A stretch of 64,000 bases of DNA from positions 65,410,001 to 65,474,000 of the forward strand of contig OX597820.1 in the NCBI GenBank assembly GCA_951406725.2, written 5' to 3'. The translations under genes were made by a program, and so were the position numbers. The notes under the pieces were generated by a model. That model had not been told where the DNA came from, did no database searches, and saw nothing but the letters and a program-made list of their open reading frames with translations. Positions 27,380 to 40,396 of this stretch are shown piece after piece. Each line of letters starts with the position of its first letter. The stretch's first letter is position 1. The stretch comes from Octopus vulgaris (Eukaryota).

Positions 27380-29540
27380 CAGGAATCCCTCGCTTTACGA
27401 AAGTAATGCATTCCTGAAAATGTTACCGTAAAACGAAATTCCGAATTAAGAAATTAATTTTCATCTTGACTTTTATATTATCACGTGAGGCTGCTGTCCT
27501 ACGGACGTCTTCAGTCAAGCAAATAAGAAGAACAAAGAAAGCAACAGAGAACAAGCAACGCAATCGCCTTTATACATTAAAATAACATTTTCTAAAAATA
27601 TGTCATTGAAATAGTAAGAATCGTAATATCGTAAGAGTACGTTCTTACGACAAAAGATGTGGACTACTGATTGAAGAGTAATGATAGAATGACCGTGATT
27701 AAGAGGATGGGGGAAATATTTACTATCTTATAGTTCATCATCACAAACATCAGCTTGACGAATAGAAATCCTAACGAAAGTTATCTGTTGTTTATGATGC
27801 ATCATATATTTGTACAGCTCTGTATAGAAACAAATCTCATTATCGAGTCACGTTGCAATTTTTACGTTACATTCACAATTAGGAACGTTACCAACAAAAT
27901 ATTGAAAACCTTCCTCTATAAATGCTTTTAACAAAAGTTTTTGTACTCAACCTAAATGTTGTAGGAGGTATTCTCAGCTTTTTCTTTCAATCAGCATCAG
28001 CTCCTTGTTCGATAAACTTTCTCTCTGAGACACTATCAACTCAATCACATCATCTATACCTCTTCAAATCCTAAATCCTTTGCAAGTCTCACAATATCAT
28101 TCCAAATCTGATGTAAGCTTTCTTCTCCTTGAGGAAAACTTGTAATATCAAGGATACTGTCTGGTTATATATCAATACTTTTCCAATCACTATTCAAAGT
28201 TGAAGGTTTCACTTCGTCGCATGACTCAACTATATTATCCATAGCATCAATTATGTTCAATTTTTCTCCGGAAATCTCTGACTGTAGGTTTATCTTACTT
28301 GTCAATTGCTTTCGTAAGTTGTTTGAAAGTTCTTCTCGTATAAAAAAAACCGTGAAGATAACTATCACACCTTGATCTATTGGCTGGAACAAAGAAATTG
28401 TATTCTTGAAGATATATTCTACTCTCACGTTATCAGAAAAGTAATTGAAGGTTGTGTCTAAAAGAAGCTTTAATTTGTTGGAAATCTCTTTGGCACTGTA
28501 GCTTTCTACTGTAGGACAACAAAAATGTCAACAGCTCTTTGAAAAGGCCCTGAGTCGTTCATGACTTCTTATTTGAGCGCCAAATCAGAGGTAGATTAAA
28601 CATTGTACAACCCTTAGAAGTCCTTAGATTTTCGGAGTGATACACCTGTAGGGGCTTTAATTTCAACGAATTGATCAGGTGTTGAAAAGAAAGAGGAAAC
28701 AAGCACCGTGTGATTCAGGATTGGAGTCATTCTTAATACCTTACTCCCTATAAATTCCTCAAGTGACCCCGGAATAGAGGACTTGAGAAAACTTAACACA
28801 AACACTCTGCATAGCAATAAGCATTTCTTTTCAGTTAATTTATATATCACCGCTGGCATTTCCTCTCAAAAGAAGTGTCAGACGATTTTTGGAAGCTTTA
28901 AATTCTGGTGTTGATTTTCTTTTTCGAGCACTAAAGTCCTAGTAAGCATGCACTTTCAGAAAAGTGTTGTCCTATCAACATTGCATACTTAATTTGATGT
29001 ATAACCCCCATCAGCAATCATGTTATTCAACTGCCCAGAATAATTAGTAGCAAACTTAGTATCAGTGCTTCAAGTTTTCACCAGCCATTTTTATGCTGTG
29101 CAAATTCATGCGCTGCTTAAACCTTTCAAACTCGCCTTTACTAATCAAAAAGGGATTTTCATTAGAAGTTTCACCTCTTTTCTGCAAAACTTCATTGTAT
29201 TGAGGACTTCTCTTAAATCTTGTTGACCCTAGTAAACTTGTTCTCTGCGCTTAGTTACAGGTTAAGAACAGCTTTCCCCAGATTTGCTCTCAATTTTTTC
29301 TCACTTTTTACCAAGGTCCCAATGATAACTAGCTGTATCCTAAGCTTGTTAACTTCCCTATATCAGCATATGAGGATTTAATAATACAAGACGGCACACT
29401 ACTCTACTTTTTCTTTATTTTTCTTCTTAATCTGGTATCAAATAGGCATGCCACGTCAGTTTCAATACGTAATTTATATTTTTATCGGACTTTAATATCT
29501 GACCGAATGTATTGTGTAATTCCTTGCCTTTGTATTAGAA
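27380..29540 (-). mobile_element. Decayed Tigger/pogo (TIGD1-like) DNA transposon
   Basis: TA-CAGGAATCCCTCGCTTTACG TIR-like end at 27380; minus translation EFKASKNRLTLLLRGNASGD, KPLQVYHSENLR, LIWRSNKK, NTISLFQPIDQGVI, IIDAMDNIVES; right boundary approximate. Confidence 0.8.
28664..28835. mobile_element. Unclassified ~172-bp insertion, copy 1
   Basis: Interrupts the Tigger GD.KL|KP motif, flanked by TAATTT on both sides; homologous in inverted orientation to 33197-33369. Confidence 0.7.
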
Positions 29541-29593
29541 TTTTAAAATTATTATTATTGTCATTACTACTACTACTGCTGCTGCTAGAACTA

Positions 29594-29644
<51 letters not shown>

Positions 29645-30470
29645 TACACGCACTCATGGGATAGAAGGAGAGAGATGCTTATGTGTATGTATATCTATAA
29701 TTAAATTACCAAAAAGATGGTTTATATTACAGGAACCTCTATAATTAGAAGGTTTTTTGTTGAGCAAGAATATCTTCTTTCCCGCTCTTTGGTGCCAGAG
29801 AAACATTTTACTACTTTAACGTCTGCACGTTTTATTTTAATAGTTACGTAAGCACACAATCACACACACACACACATACATAAACACACAAACACATACA
29901 CACAGAGACAAACAGACACACACACGCACACACATGTGAGCATGCGTGTAACTACTCGTTTTTTAAGTTAAAGGTTATCTTGAAGACGATGGTGATGATG
30001 GTCACGACAATAACAATGGCAGCGGGTACAACGACGACGACAACGCGGACGTCGACGACAACGCGGACGTCGACGACGACGACGACGATGATCATGATGA
30101 TGACGATGGCATTCTTATCCATATTATTATAGATCTTTTATCATATTTATATTTTCCTTGCAAAAATCTCAGGCTTCAAATGTAAGGACAAGACTCCTTT
30201 AACTAATGGTTTTCTCTTACATTCTCCAATGATTTGCAGAAGACAATCATAAAACCACAGACATAAATCTTGCACAATAATCATATAGCCATGCGCTTGT
30301 TTCGATGCACACAATCTCACTTTCTACCTATTTGAATATCTCTTTACCTATAATTTCTTTGTTTTTTTTTATCACGACCATTATACTACGCTATACTCTC
30401 ACGGAGATAATTTCCTCTAAAGAGAGTAAAGACAAAACAATTCAATCCTTATCTCCCATCCCTCACTCTC

Positions 30471-30593
<123 letters not shown>

Positions 30594-30823
30594 GTCTGTC
30601 TATCTATCTCTGTGGCTGTGTGGTAAGAAGTTTGCTTCCCAACCGCGTGATTTCGTGTTCAGTCCCACAACACTTTGGGCACATGCATTATACTACGACG
30701 GAGGGTTTATGCGCCTTAATATTAAACTATTTTCTGTAGCCAATATATGGCTTTGCAAAATATTCACTTGTCACCGGTTAACTCACGCATATACATTATG
30801 TATGTATACATGTGTATGTGTGT

Positions 30824-30877
<54 letters not shown>

Positions 30878-30879
<2 letters not shown>

Positions 30880-31147
30880 GCTATCAGATGCTGCTACACA
30901 TCGCTGGTCACAACGCGCTGCACATTGTTGTAGCCCTCAAATGACGCCACCCCACTGGCTAAGCGAGCAGGCCAACAGAAGAAAGAATGAGAGAAAGTTG
31001 TGGCGAAAGAGTACAGCAGGGATCACCATCAGCCCCTGCCGGAGCCTCGTGGAGATTTAGGTGCTTTCCCTCAATAAACACTCACAACGCCCGGTCTGGG
31101 AATCGAAACCGCGAGTCCGCTGCCTTAACCACTGGGCCATGGTGCCT

Positions 31148-31150
<3 letters not shown>
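30878..31150 (-). mobile_element. SINE family C-related copy with a different 3' tail
   Basis: Reverse complement of the GGAGGCACCATGGCCCAGTGGTTAAGGCAGCGGACTCGCGG head. Confidence 0.8.
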
Positions 31151-31220
<70 letters not shown>

Positions 31221-31422
31221 ACTTACTTGGAAAAGGATGTGTGTGTGTATGTATATATATAAATTTATATAAATAAGGATAAGATCGTTTATTTAAATAT
31301 CGATCTTATCAAGTGGCCAGCATGGGAATAAAAGCCTTCAAAGATAATAATTATTATTAAAATTATAATTTAGGGTATCTTTGCTTCATCAGTAGAATAT
31401 AGAGAGAGATAGTAACATAAAT

Positions 31423-31494
<72 letters not shown>

Positions 31495-31699
31495 CATACG
31501 AATACTTACATATACAACCATATACATTTCTTATGCAGAGTCAGAAATCCGGGATCTGGAATTATGCAGTAATATTTTGCTAGTTCGTTTTGTCCTTTTG
31601 TCTTCTCTCCTGGTGCTGTATGAACATTCTATGTGGTTTTAGAGTCACGTTTTGGCTGCTCTTTCCAGTGTGGAGGTATCTCTTAGATACCCTAGATTA

Positions 31700-31762
<63 letters not shown>

Positions 31763-33196
31763 GACGGCCTTCTTACAGTTTCCATCCCCAAAGTATTGTT
31801 CGGTCAGAGGCTATAGATGAGGACACACGGTCAAGGTTTCACGCTGTGGAACTGAACCCGGAGCCGTGTAGCTGGAAAGCAAGCTTCTTACCACTCAACC
31901 ACACCTGTGCCTATATATATATAGAGAGAGAGGGGGGAGACAGTAAGAGAAAAAATATGTATCTGCGTGTGAGAGAGAGGTAATGTGTACCGGTGTATGT
32001 GAGATAGAGAGAGTGGGGGGAAATTGAGATGCGCAAAGTGGCCAAAACTAGCCTACCCAGCTGGGGAGCTGTATTAGGATTAGGTGCTAATGAACCTAGT
32101 GGTTTTGAAGATGATGACGATTAGGATGATGATGGAGTTGGTCTTAGCATGTTTTGGCGATTTCTGATGGTAGTGATTCTAGAGAATTAGTAATCAGTAG
32201 ATGGAGACCTCTATGTGATTTTCAATGACGGTGATAGTGAAGAAGTAGAAATAGATAATATTTTATTAATTCGTCGAAATATTGAGGTACAACAGAGACG
32301 TCATTTGTTAGAGAGTAAACATGTGTATCACTTTCTATAATATGTATAAAGCCTGACATATGAAATAGCAGAAAAAAACTCCAAGATTTTCGCAATATAC
32401 TTAAATAAATTCACACAGAGAAAATAAAAAGACGTACATACATCTAGGCCTATGCTAATATTTCCTCCAATTCTTGGAATTGAATCTTGACAGGTATTTT
32501 ATGTATAGGTTCCGAAATGACAGAAAGGAACTTTGACTTCGGTGACATTTGAACGCAGAACGCAAACTCTCCTAATAAATCTCATATGGTATTCTATCAG
32601 ATTCTCTATCAGTTTTACTAATTCTATGTATTGTAGTTTTTGAAGGTAATGTTACATTATTGACTATTTCTTTGTATGTACGTACGTACGTATGTATGTA
32701 TGTATGAATGTATGTATATATGTACGTACGATAGTAGGTATTTTTATGTCACGACCCTTCATGTATGCTTCTATATCTACATGTACATACGTATGTATGT
32801 GTGTCTATGCCCACGTATATATGCTGCTATACCTTTGTGTATATATGTACATGTGTACGTATTCTTTTGTCGCTCTTACAACATATGGCGCTGTAGATTG
32901 TTTTTTCCGAGATCATGATTTATAGGAAGGTAAAACTTAGATGGCATTTGAGGTCAACTGCTGATTACATGTGAATGTCGTCCACATAAACGTGTCATAA
33001 TCGACATTTTCAATCGCATCTTAAATAACTTGACGCTATTTTTTATTATCATTAGTTATTTTGTAATTACCCCTTTCTCTTTTCTCGCAAAAACATAAAT
33101 ATTCTTATTGTGAAGTATTGAAGCAATCACAATTCCAGGAGAGGCTTCGTTCTCTGTTAACTATTGCGTCGTTTCTCGAGTTGTATCGTTAAAATA

Positions 33197-33369
33197 ACTG
33201 AAAAGAAATGCTTATTGCTATGCAGAGTGTTTATGTTAATGCCTCTAAAGTCCTCTACTCCGGGCTCACTTGAGGAGTTTATAGAGAGTAAGGTATCAAC
33301 AATCACTCCAATCCTGATTCGCAAGATTATATTTCTCTTCTTGCTATTCAACGCCTGATCAATTGGCTG
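33197..33369. mobile_element. Unclassified ~172-bp insertion, copy 2
   Basis: Homology to copy 1 starts and stops at the same points. Confidence 0.65.
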
Positions 33370-33376
33370 AAGTATA

Positions 33377-33765
33377 CTCTCTTTTACTCTCTTTTACTTG
33401 TTTCAGTCATTTGACTGTGTCCACGCTGGAGCACCGCCTTTAGTCTAGGAAATCGACACCAGGACTTATTCTTTGTAAGCCTAGTACTTATTCTATCGGA
33501 TCTCTTTTGCCGAACCGCTAAGTTACAGCGATGTAAACACACCAGCATCGTTTGTCAAGTGATGTTGGGGGGGGGGAACAAATATACACACAAATATACA
33601 CACACACACATATATATATACATATATACGACGGGCTTCTTTCAGTTTCCGTCTACCAAATCTACTCACAAGGCTTTGGTCGGCCCTAGACTCTAGTAGA
33701 AAAGACTTTCCCAAGGTGCCACGCAGTGGGACTGAACCCGGAACCATTTGGTTTGTAAACAAGCA
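33377..33765 (-). mobile_element. SINE family A
   Basis: Near-consensus match. Confidence 0.9.
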
Positions 33766-33906
33766 TTCTAAGGCTCTTCGGAAAGATCTTAAGCTCCTTC
33801 CCGACATCTCTTCTGTGATGAGACTTGTTTTATATCACAATTTCTTTGGTAGTTCCCAGCTTATCTTACTGCTAGTATATTTTAATATTAATGTAGTGGA
33901 GAGAGT

Positions 33907-34118
33907 CGGGCTGGAAGAATCGTTATGGTGCCGGACAAAATGCTTGACGGCGTTTCGTCCGTCTTTGCCTTCTGATTTAAAATCCAAGCGAGGTCAAGTT
34001 TGCCTTTCATCCTTTCGAAGTCGATAAAATAATTACCAGTTGAGTGCTGGGGTCGGAGTAATCCACTTACCCCTGCCCTGGAAATTGCTGGCCATGTGCG
34101 AAAATTTGAAACCGATAT
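33907..34118 (+). mobile_element. SINE family B
   Basis: Central domain TTTGCCTTTCATCCTTTCG..GTCGATAAAAT. Confidence 0.8.
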
Positions 34119-35588
34119 CAATGCACTGGATCTAGTCTATAGAACAGTCAAATATCCAAAATGTTGCTACCACTCACTAATAGTTCTGATAAGATATAGC
34201 GAGATATCGTTGTATGAAAAAATCATCTTCAGTTTGTATATTACTTTTAGAGTGAGGTGTAACACATTTCATCACCCTGTCTTTACTCGCAATGCTTTTA
34301 TATGATACATTTTCATGTCAATACCTAGATACTTGTAGCACATAGTGTTTGTAGCAAAATTGATATTGATGTGAATGTTTTCAGTTCGCAGAACATTTTC
34401 CCCTACGTACACTGTGTTAAATATGAACATTTCTTTTGGCCAAATTTCATCTTTATATTAGCTGAAAACAATATTATTATATATAGCTATTTCTCGGCAC
34501 ATTGAAAATTTTTCGATCGTTAGCAAAGAAATGATGGGTTGCAGTAGTATTTATTGTTGTTGTAGACCCTACCATAAAACCATTCGATTTTTGTTGGAGA
34601 AATAACAATGGATTTACTGCCAAAATAGACAGAAGCACAGTGAGACTGTCTCCTTTAAATATTTCTTTTGAAAGATATATAGCATCAAAAACAATCATTG
34701 TGCGTTCAGTTATAATGATAAGGATGGTAACTGACTAGGTCTTTGTGAACCTTTGAATAATAGCAACTATGACAGTGAGTACGTTTGCCAAATGCAATGA
34801 TTTCAACAGCAGTGGAGGGGAAGAGTCAAACGACATTCTGTATTCATACCATACTGTTACGAATTGTTCAGCATATCTCTCACCTGCTCTCCCTCTCTCG
34901 CTCTCCTTTTCTCTTCTTCTCTTTCTCTCCCTTTCTCTCCCTCTTTATTCCACTCTCTCTCACTCCCTCTTTCTATGCACATATCAACTCATCAATCACC
35001 ATTTTGCCGGACTCACAATGGTTTTGGAGGAATTGATAAAGACAGCTTGCGTAAAGCTTATAAAAATGTTTCAACACCTAATGGGGCTATAGTTTTCTTC
35101 CAAGTAGGCGCTTTCACTGTAGGTGTCAAAATTTATCCGTGCTGCGGCAAACCAGTTTGCTTGCTGCAGCAGGCACAAATTTGAACATAGATTGCCTTTT
35201 AAAAATAAACAAGGCTGCACACAGTAGAACATTAATATTCTGTAATAGTAACTAACTCATATGTCGAGCTTTATTGCAACTTTCAGAATCGGTGGAGAAA
35301 GTTTGGAGCCGGAATAGTATTGAAATCTGATTATACCGAATCGTAATGTATCTCCGAGAGAGTAGCAAAATTATAAGGGCTTTTCTCACTTAAATCCAAT
35401 GTCGTACAGATGTCTCACTAACGTTTTCTTTCAATACTTGGTCCGTTTTGTATTTTATAAAGCCCTATAGCGATGGATGCATGGCACTGGCTTCAAAAGT
35501 CACATCTGCGCTCATGCAAAGATGAAGGTAATTCAGAACAGCCTGGATGTATGTGGGGCGTTCATCATTTGACAAGAATAGGCGATCA

Positions 35589-35818
35589 AGGCGGCGAGCT
35601 GGCAGAAACGTTAGCACACCGGTCGAAGTGCATAGCGGTATTTCGTTTGTCATTTCGTTCTGAGTTCAAATTCCGCCGAGGTCGACTTTGCCTTTCATCT
35701 TTCGGGGTCGATAAATTAAGTACCAGTTACGCACTGGGGTCGATGTAATCGACTTAATCCCTTTATCTGTCCTTGTTTGTCCCCTCTATGTTTAGACCTT
35801 TGTGGGCAATAAAGAATT
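35589..35818 (+). mobile_element. SINE family B, full monomer
   Basis: Complete head and body. Confidence 0.9.
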
Positions 35819-37329
35819 AGGATGCGGCAATCACCATGTATGCATGTGTGTATGTATGTATGTATGTATGTATGTATGTATGTATGTATGTATGTCATTA
35901 TTCAGTTTTATTTCAAAATTTCTTGCCAATAAAGGGTCGGTTTCTAACCTAGATCCAAGGACCCTACATTAGAATTTCAACAATAGCAGCAGGGTATTTT
36001 TGCTTGTATGTATGCGTGCAGATTTCTGTGTTTTGTTTTATGTGTGTTTTCTCATGCAGAGAGTTTCAAATCTAGACATGCTGATATATACCTAAATGAC
36101 ACACTTCTGGAAAGCTTTACAGATCTTTAATCTTCGAATCAGCTTTCTCATTTCTGGTTTTGAGAAACCAAATATCTCAAGATTGGTATTTAGGCAGTGT
36201 TTTATAAATCCTATTACTTCAATTATTACAGGTATAAACATGAAACATGTATGTTTGTAAGTACGTATGTATGAAATGAATGTATTTGAAACGTTAGAAT
36301 AAAATTTGAAGGCAAATTCTTCATTATTTCTGGCCAGGAGATCAAACGATAGCGCAGTTAATATATTGTTGATATGAAGGTGTTAGTGTTCATGTCAATG
36401 TTTAGTTTTTATTTATATCATTTTCCTCTTACGACAGCTTTCACCTAATTATAAATTGGTGCTATGTTAATAGTAGTGACCATTGTGCTGTTGGGAACGG
36501 TTACTATGGTGATGTTGGTAGTGGTTATCGAAGTGGTGGTGGTGGTGGTGGTGGTGGTGGAAGCAGAGGTGCTTATAATAGTGACGAGGTTCTTGTTCAT
36601 TCTCTTGAAAGTGTAGGTAATAGTAGAAATGGAAATAACATCGTAGTTTGCAGTTGTAGTAGCAGTGGTTTGACGTAAAAGTTACTACCAAGGGTTATGA
36701 TAAAGAAGACATATTAACAGCAGCTGAAATAGTTCTACTGATGCTAGTGGTTCTTGAAGAAGACTGGGGTTTTACTGGTAACCATAAATGCAATATAGAT
36801 ACACCTAGAGGCATATATTCCGGATGTGCTAGGTATGCGCGGCACACCCAACGAAAATGACAAAATCATTATAAATATTAGTCTTTTTAATTTAATCACA
36901 AATCTTAATGGAAAACTTTTGCTTGAAATTTGGTGGCATTGGGTGTGGTACCCAATACAACAACCATCATATGCTACTGGATACAACAGTGTTGTATAAG
37001 TAGAAGTTGTTGTATAGTGAAACTGTACCCCTTCCCGGTGAAAAGTGTTAGTAACCAGCCATTATAAATAGGCCAGTAGCCGATCGACAGGAGAAGGCTA
37101 GAAGGTCGAGAGTTCGATTACATTGTGTTGATAGTCGTTCTGTGCTGATATAGTAACTATACTGTGATACTGAGTGGACATTATAATGATCCAACCTTTT
37201 GAGGATAATAACCCTGTACGACTGTCGGTCGTACAGTGCCAGATAGAACCATTCTATCGACGATTTCGGAATATAACACTATCTCTCAGAGCGACCACCG
37301 TCGTCAGAGACGGATACAACAGTGGCAAA

Positions 37330-37868
37330 AGACCGCTTTAAAACAGTTTTCTTTGGTTGTACTTTGGTTGTCTTGGTATAAAAGATGGGCTACAACAAAT
37401 ATTCTGCTCAATAGCACAGATTTACTTATCAGTTGTTTAACCTTAACCATTTGACCATGTCCCTTAGTGGATGACGATATGTGCATCTCTGACTGCGAGC
37501 AGAAGTAGTAGGGGAGCATCATAGCCGGGTGTTGAAAGGAATTCTTAGAGGTTTGGATAATTCACCTTTCGAAACATGGGTGTTTGTTTAACATCCTTGA
37601 ACAACCCTTATTCAGGGAACTTTTGAGTGGGATGGGCTACTCAACCAGAAGAAAAGTCTAACTGGGCCCCACCTGCAAGGTCATGCACTGTTTATCTTGA
37701 TATGAGATCACTATGTCACGCACATATTGTTGTGATGCATGTGCCTGGTGTACCCTCATCAGACGGGTAGTCATGATGGGTATACTGGGCTTCGTATATT
37801 TTATCCCAGTGTCACTTTGATGGCATGCACTGCTCTCTCACTCAATAATAATAATGATAATAATAATG

Positions 37869-37924
<56 letters not shown>
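37330..37924 (+). mobile_element. Probable 3' end of a non-LTR retroposon with (AAT)n tail
   Basis: ~520 bp of complex sequence ending CTCTCTCACTC followed by (AAT)n; no ORF. Confidence 0.45.
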
Positions 37925-37925
<1 letters not shown>

Positions 37926-38258
37926 TGGCTCAGTGGTTAGAGCGTCGAGCTTACGATCGTGAGGTTGTGAGCTCGAATCCCGGACCGGGCTGCGTGTTGT
38001 GTTCTTGAGCAAAGCACTTTATTTCACGTTTCTTCAGTTCACTCAGCTGTAGAAATGAGTTGCGACGTCACTGGTGCCAAGCTGTATCGACCTTTGTCTT
38101 TCCCTTGGATAACACTGGTGGCGTGGAGAGGGAGGCTGGTATGCATGGGCGACTGCTGGTCTTCCATAAACAACCTTGCCCGGACTTGTGTCTAGGAGGG
38201 TAACTTTCTAGGTGCAATCCCATGGTCATTCATGACCGAAGGGGGTCTTTACCCCTTT
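37925..38258 (+). mobile_element. SINE family D (tRNA head, CORE-like TGTGTTCTTGAGCAAAGCACTT box) inserted in (AAT)n
   Basis: TGGCTCAGTGGTTAGAGC A box and G.TCGAATCC B box; TAA repeats on both sides. Confidence 0.8.
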
Positions 38259-38265
38259 AATAATA

Positions 38266-38303
<38 letters not shown>

Positions 38304-38898
38304 AATGATAATAATAATAATAATAATAATAATAAATGTAATGTGTTATAATATTTGTAATGGTAATGAAAAGGACAAAGAAAACTCTACGGTTTTCATA
38401 CAAAACCATTCAGGACACTAATACCGCCATTACAATATCGCTTTGTCATACTTCCACAGCACTGGTGACAGCGCGACGACGTGTTTCTCCGAACTGCTAG
38501 AAATAGCAGTTATACAAAACCTTATATCATACAGCACTGCAGTTTGATAGCGCTAGTGTGATGTTAACTGGATGGAACAAGACAGAGTTATAAAGCAATC
38601 GCTGAGTGAGAAGCGAAGACTATCGAGCTGCCAATAACGGAAGCATGCTCTTAAAAGCATGAGTATAATGAAACGTTTATAAATAAAGGATTCTGCGATA
38701 TGATTACATAAAAGGAAGTAAGAGCATCCTGCGTATGCACGATAATAGGAAAAGAAATATTTAATGTTACTATTCAATATTTAATCTACGAGAAAGAAAT
38801 TATATAGCTAGGGAATTCTATAATTTGATAGATTACCATTATTCGTCGAGGCATAAAATATCTTTTATAGTTTATTGTATTGTCCATAGCTTACTATT

Positions 38899-38956
<58 letters not shown>

Positions 38957-38996
38957 TATATGTATATGTATGTGTATATATGTATGTTTATGTATG

Positions 38997-39032
<36 letters not shown>

Positions 39033-39262
39033 TGTATTATGTAATAATGATATAACACAAAGATGGAAGTTAACAAGTTTTAATAGTAGATCATGACGTT
39101 CGTTTCTGCTTTCCAAGGCAGGCTTTAATTTGCTGGGTTCATATAGCATTGTGTAAAATTACTCTAAACAATTACCATATTTTTGTACACTGTTTCCTTC
39201 GCAGGGGAAGTGCGATCAAGAACCGCGTGTTTTCTGAATTTACTATCTGAAAAATGTACAAT

Positions 39263-39895
39263 AGGCGCAGTAGTGTCTGTGTGGTAAGTAGCTTGCTTAC
39301 CAGCCACATGATTCCGGATTCAGTTCCACTACGTGTCACCTTGGGCAAGTGTCTTTTACTACAGTCTCGGGCCGACCAAAGCCTTGTGAGTGGATTTGGT
39401 AAACGGAAACTGAAAGAAGCTCGTCGTATATATGTATATGTATATGTGTGTGTGTATGTGTGTGTGTGTGTGTGTGTATGGGTGGGCGGGTGGGTGTATT
39501 TGTATGTCTGTATTTGACCCCCCAACATCGCTTGACAACCGATGCTGGTGTGTTTACTTCCCCATCTCAAAATTACTGCCCTTCTGGCAAAATTTGAAAC
39601 ATTATTTGCCATCATCTTCATCATCATCATTATCATCATCATTATTATTATGTCATTATTATTATTGTTAAGACGTCAAGCTGGCAGAACCGTTAGCGCG
39701 CCGGGCAAAATGATTAGCAGTATTTTCATCTGTGTTTACCTTCTGCGTTCAAATTCTTCAAATTCCACCAGGGTCGACTTCGCCGTTCATCCTTCTGGAG
39801 TCGATGAAATAAGTACCAGTTGATCACTGAGCTCGATGTAAGCGACTTACCTCCTACCCAAAACACGCTGGCCTTGTGCCAAAATTTGCAATTAT
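39263..39895 (+). mobile_element. SINE A (39263-39560) followed by SINE B pieces (39560-39600, 39670-39895)
   Basis: Matches to the family consensi seen elsewhere in the window. Confidence 0.8.
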
Positions 39896-40307
39896 TATTC
39901 TGAGACTTATCATTCTTCTTATTATTATTATCTTAGTAATACGCAGAGAGGAGCTCCGCATTTATACCCATACCCGGAAATACCTAGAGGTATAACATGA
40001 GGTAGCCCTAGAACAGAGCAAAAGCTCTTAAATGCGCGCAAAAAGGATTTTACCCAAAATATACTCAATAAATACATACATACATATATATATATGCATA
40101 TGCATATATATATATATATACATATATACATATATGAATCTATGTATATATACATATATACATATATACATATATATATATACATACATATATATGTATG
40201 TATATATATGTATGTATGGCTATATATGTATATATATATAACGAGGTTTCACACAGTTTCCATTTACCAAATTCACCAATAAACTATTGTGCAGACTTGT
40301 AGCTATA

Positions 40308-40396
40308 CGAGGAGTGTACGAAAACTTTTCAGCCTTGAAGTCTTGTACCTTCATGGGAAGTCTTGTACCATATTTTGTTTTTTCATACACCCCTCG
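40308..40396. mobile_element. Mariner-type MITE (~90 bp) nested in a minus-strand SINE A
   Basis: CGAGGAGTGTACGAAAA ... TTTTCATACACCCCTCG; inserted at the TA of the SINE motif GCTATAG. Confidence 0.7.

Larger units (their letters stand above)
32880..34770 (-). pseudogene. Decayed R4/Dong-like non-LTR retrotransposon RT and C-terminal region, interrupted by three younger insertions
   Basis: EIFKGDSLTVLLSILAVNPLLF..THHFFANDRKIF (GIFQGDSLS..HLFFVDDLK-like), MKFGQKKC, YKYLGID, then HVISS*PQMPSKFYLPINHD (CCHC/RHD-like). Confidence 0.75.

Noticed and set aside
27460-27520. Minus-strand CUGAAGA-C-GUCC/GGAC stem with possible CUUGA/UCAAG stem I
   Set aside because: The GAAA box and NUH site are absent; at most a dead remnant
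36744-36986. 80-aa ORF with CC..YH..C motif suggesting an exon
   Set aside because: No recognisable domain, non-ATG start and no supporting neighbouring exons
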